DNA of 64,000 nucleotides from Planctomycetota bacterium (GTDB lineage Bacteria; Planctomycetota; UBA1135; UBA2386): NCBI GenBank assembly GCA_045105235.1, contig JBGCDH010000011.1, positions 141,992 to 205,991 of the forward strand, read 5' to 3'. Shown piece by piece: positions 63,571 to 64,000 of this stretch (position 1 is its first letter; each line of letters starts with the position of its first letter). The notes under the pieces were generated by a model. It saw only the letters and a program-made list of their open reading frames with translations, ran no database searches and was not told where the DNA came from. The position numbers and the translations under genes were made by a program.

Positions 63571-64000
63571 GCTGCTGACCGCTCGTATGCTGGGCCGCTC
63601 GTTCGCTGAGCAGCTCAGCGGGGCTGTTGCGGCGAGCGGATGACGCATGTCCTTCTGCTCGCCGGTCTGCCGTGCTATAACACTGTGGTGCCTCAAACCA
63701 CCCGTAGGACGTCCTCAGAGGCGTCTGCGGCTGTTTCTGCCGCCTCGATTTTGGCCCGCAAGATGACCTACTCGCGATGGTTCCTGGCCAATCTCTTGAC
63801 GCCTGGAGGTCGCGACAAGACGCAAGTAGCAGGGGCTGCGGTGCGGTGCGTCACGAAACCCGTGCAAAGACCCAGGATTGCCGTCGGAGCCTTCGCGGAC
63901 AGCCGTGGAGGCCGATTGGAACAACTGCGCCCCACCCCCATCGACTTGCCCACAGCGGTCGATCGATGTGGTCATTTCCCGCAGCATTTCCCAGCGGTTC

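Overview
GC-rich, densely coding chromosomal window (G+C judged by eye, not computed). It contains no rRNA, tRNA, CRISPR array, transposase or integrase that I could recognise. Many long ORFs in the track are antisense artefacts of the high GC content. I picked the real frame by family motifs, GC3 and start-codon context. The track translates GTG/TTG starts as M and always reports the longest ORF, so many true starts are internal.

Gene content, left to right:
- 1-8272: a membrane-anchored cyclophilin-like protein cut by the left edge, a lipoprotein, two secreted proteins of unknown function, hemW and an RpoD-like sigma factor.
- 8536-12457: a carbamoyltransferase / SxtJ-like / small-TM triad (SxtI-J-K-like), with a divergent SGNH hydrolase.
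- 12825-26280: a 14-gene respiratory block on the plus strand. It holds Alternative Complex III actABCDEF, a small TM ORF, SCO and a caa3-type oxidase (subunits II, I, III, IV).
- 26360-30060: an SNF2 helicase and SWIM zinc-finger pair.
- 30475-44385: a tightly coupled six-gene Pel-like exopolysaccharide operon on the minus strand (pelA-like deacetylase, pelB, a giant pelD-like gene, pelE, pelF, pelG). A separate, divergently transcribed PelA-hydrolase-like glycosidase sits next to it, and no pelC is visible.
- 44463-47533: an ECF sigma factor overlapping a Ser/Thr kinase gene.
- 47652-53840: pntB-pntAB-pntAA, then pyrF-bshC-bshB1.
- 54031-57217: a thioredoxin gene interrupted by one in-frame TGA at the active-site Cys codon, an HExxH membrane protein and a PD40 repeat protein.
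- 57337-63570: an orphan parA plus an acidic partner gene, bshA coupled to a NifS-like gene, and dnaA.

Most interesting observations:
1. The thioredoxin looks like a selenoprotein (U-x-x-C), and a SECIS-like hairpin follows the TGA.
2. The Pel locus has an atypical architecture: PelA is split, pelC is missing, and PelD carries tandem degenerate GGDEF domains.
3. The SxtIJK-like carbamoylation triad has no assigned function.
4. The bacillithiol, thiol-redox and NifS-like genes cluster together.

The lineage is probably Planctomycetota or a related phylum. That is inference from gene content only.
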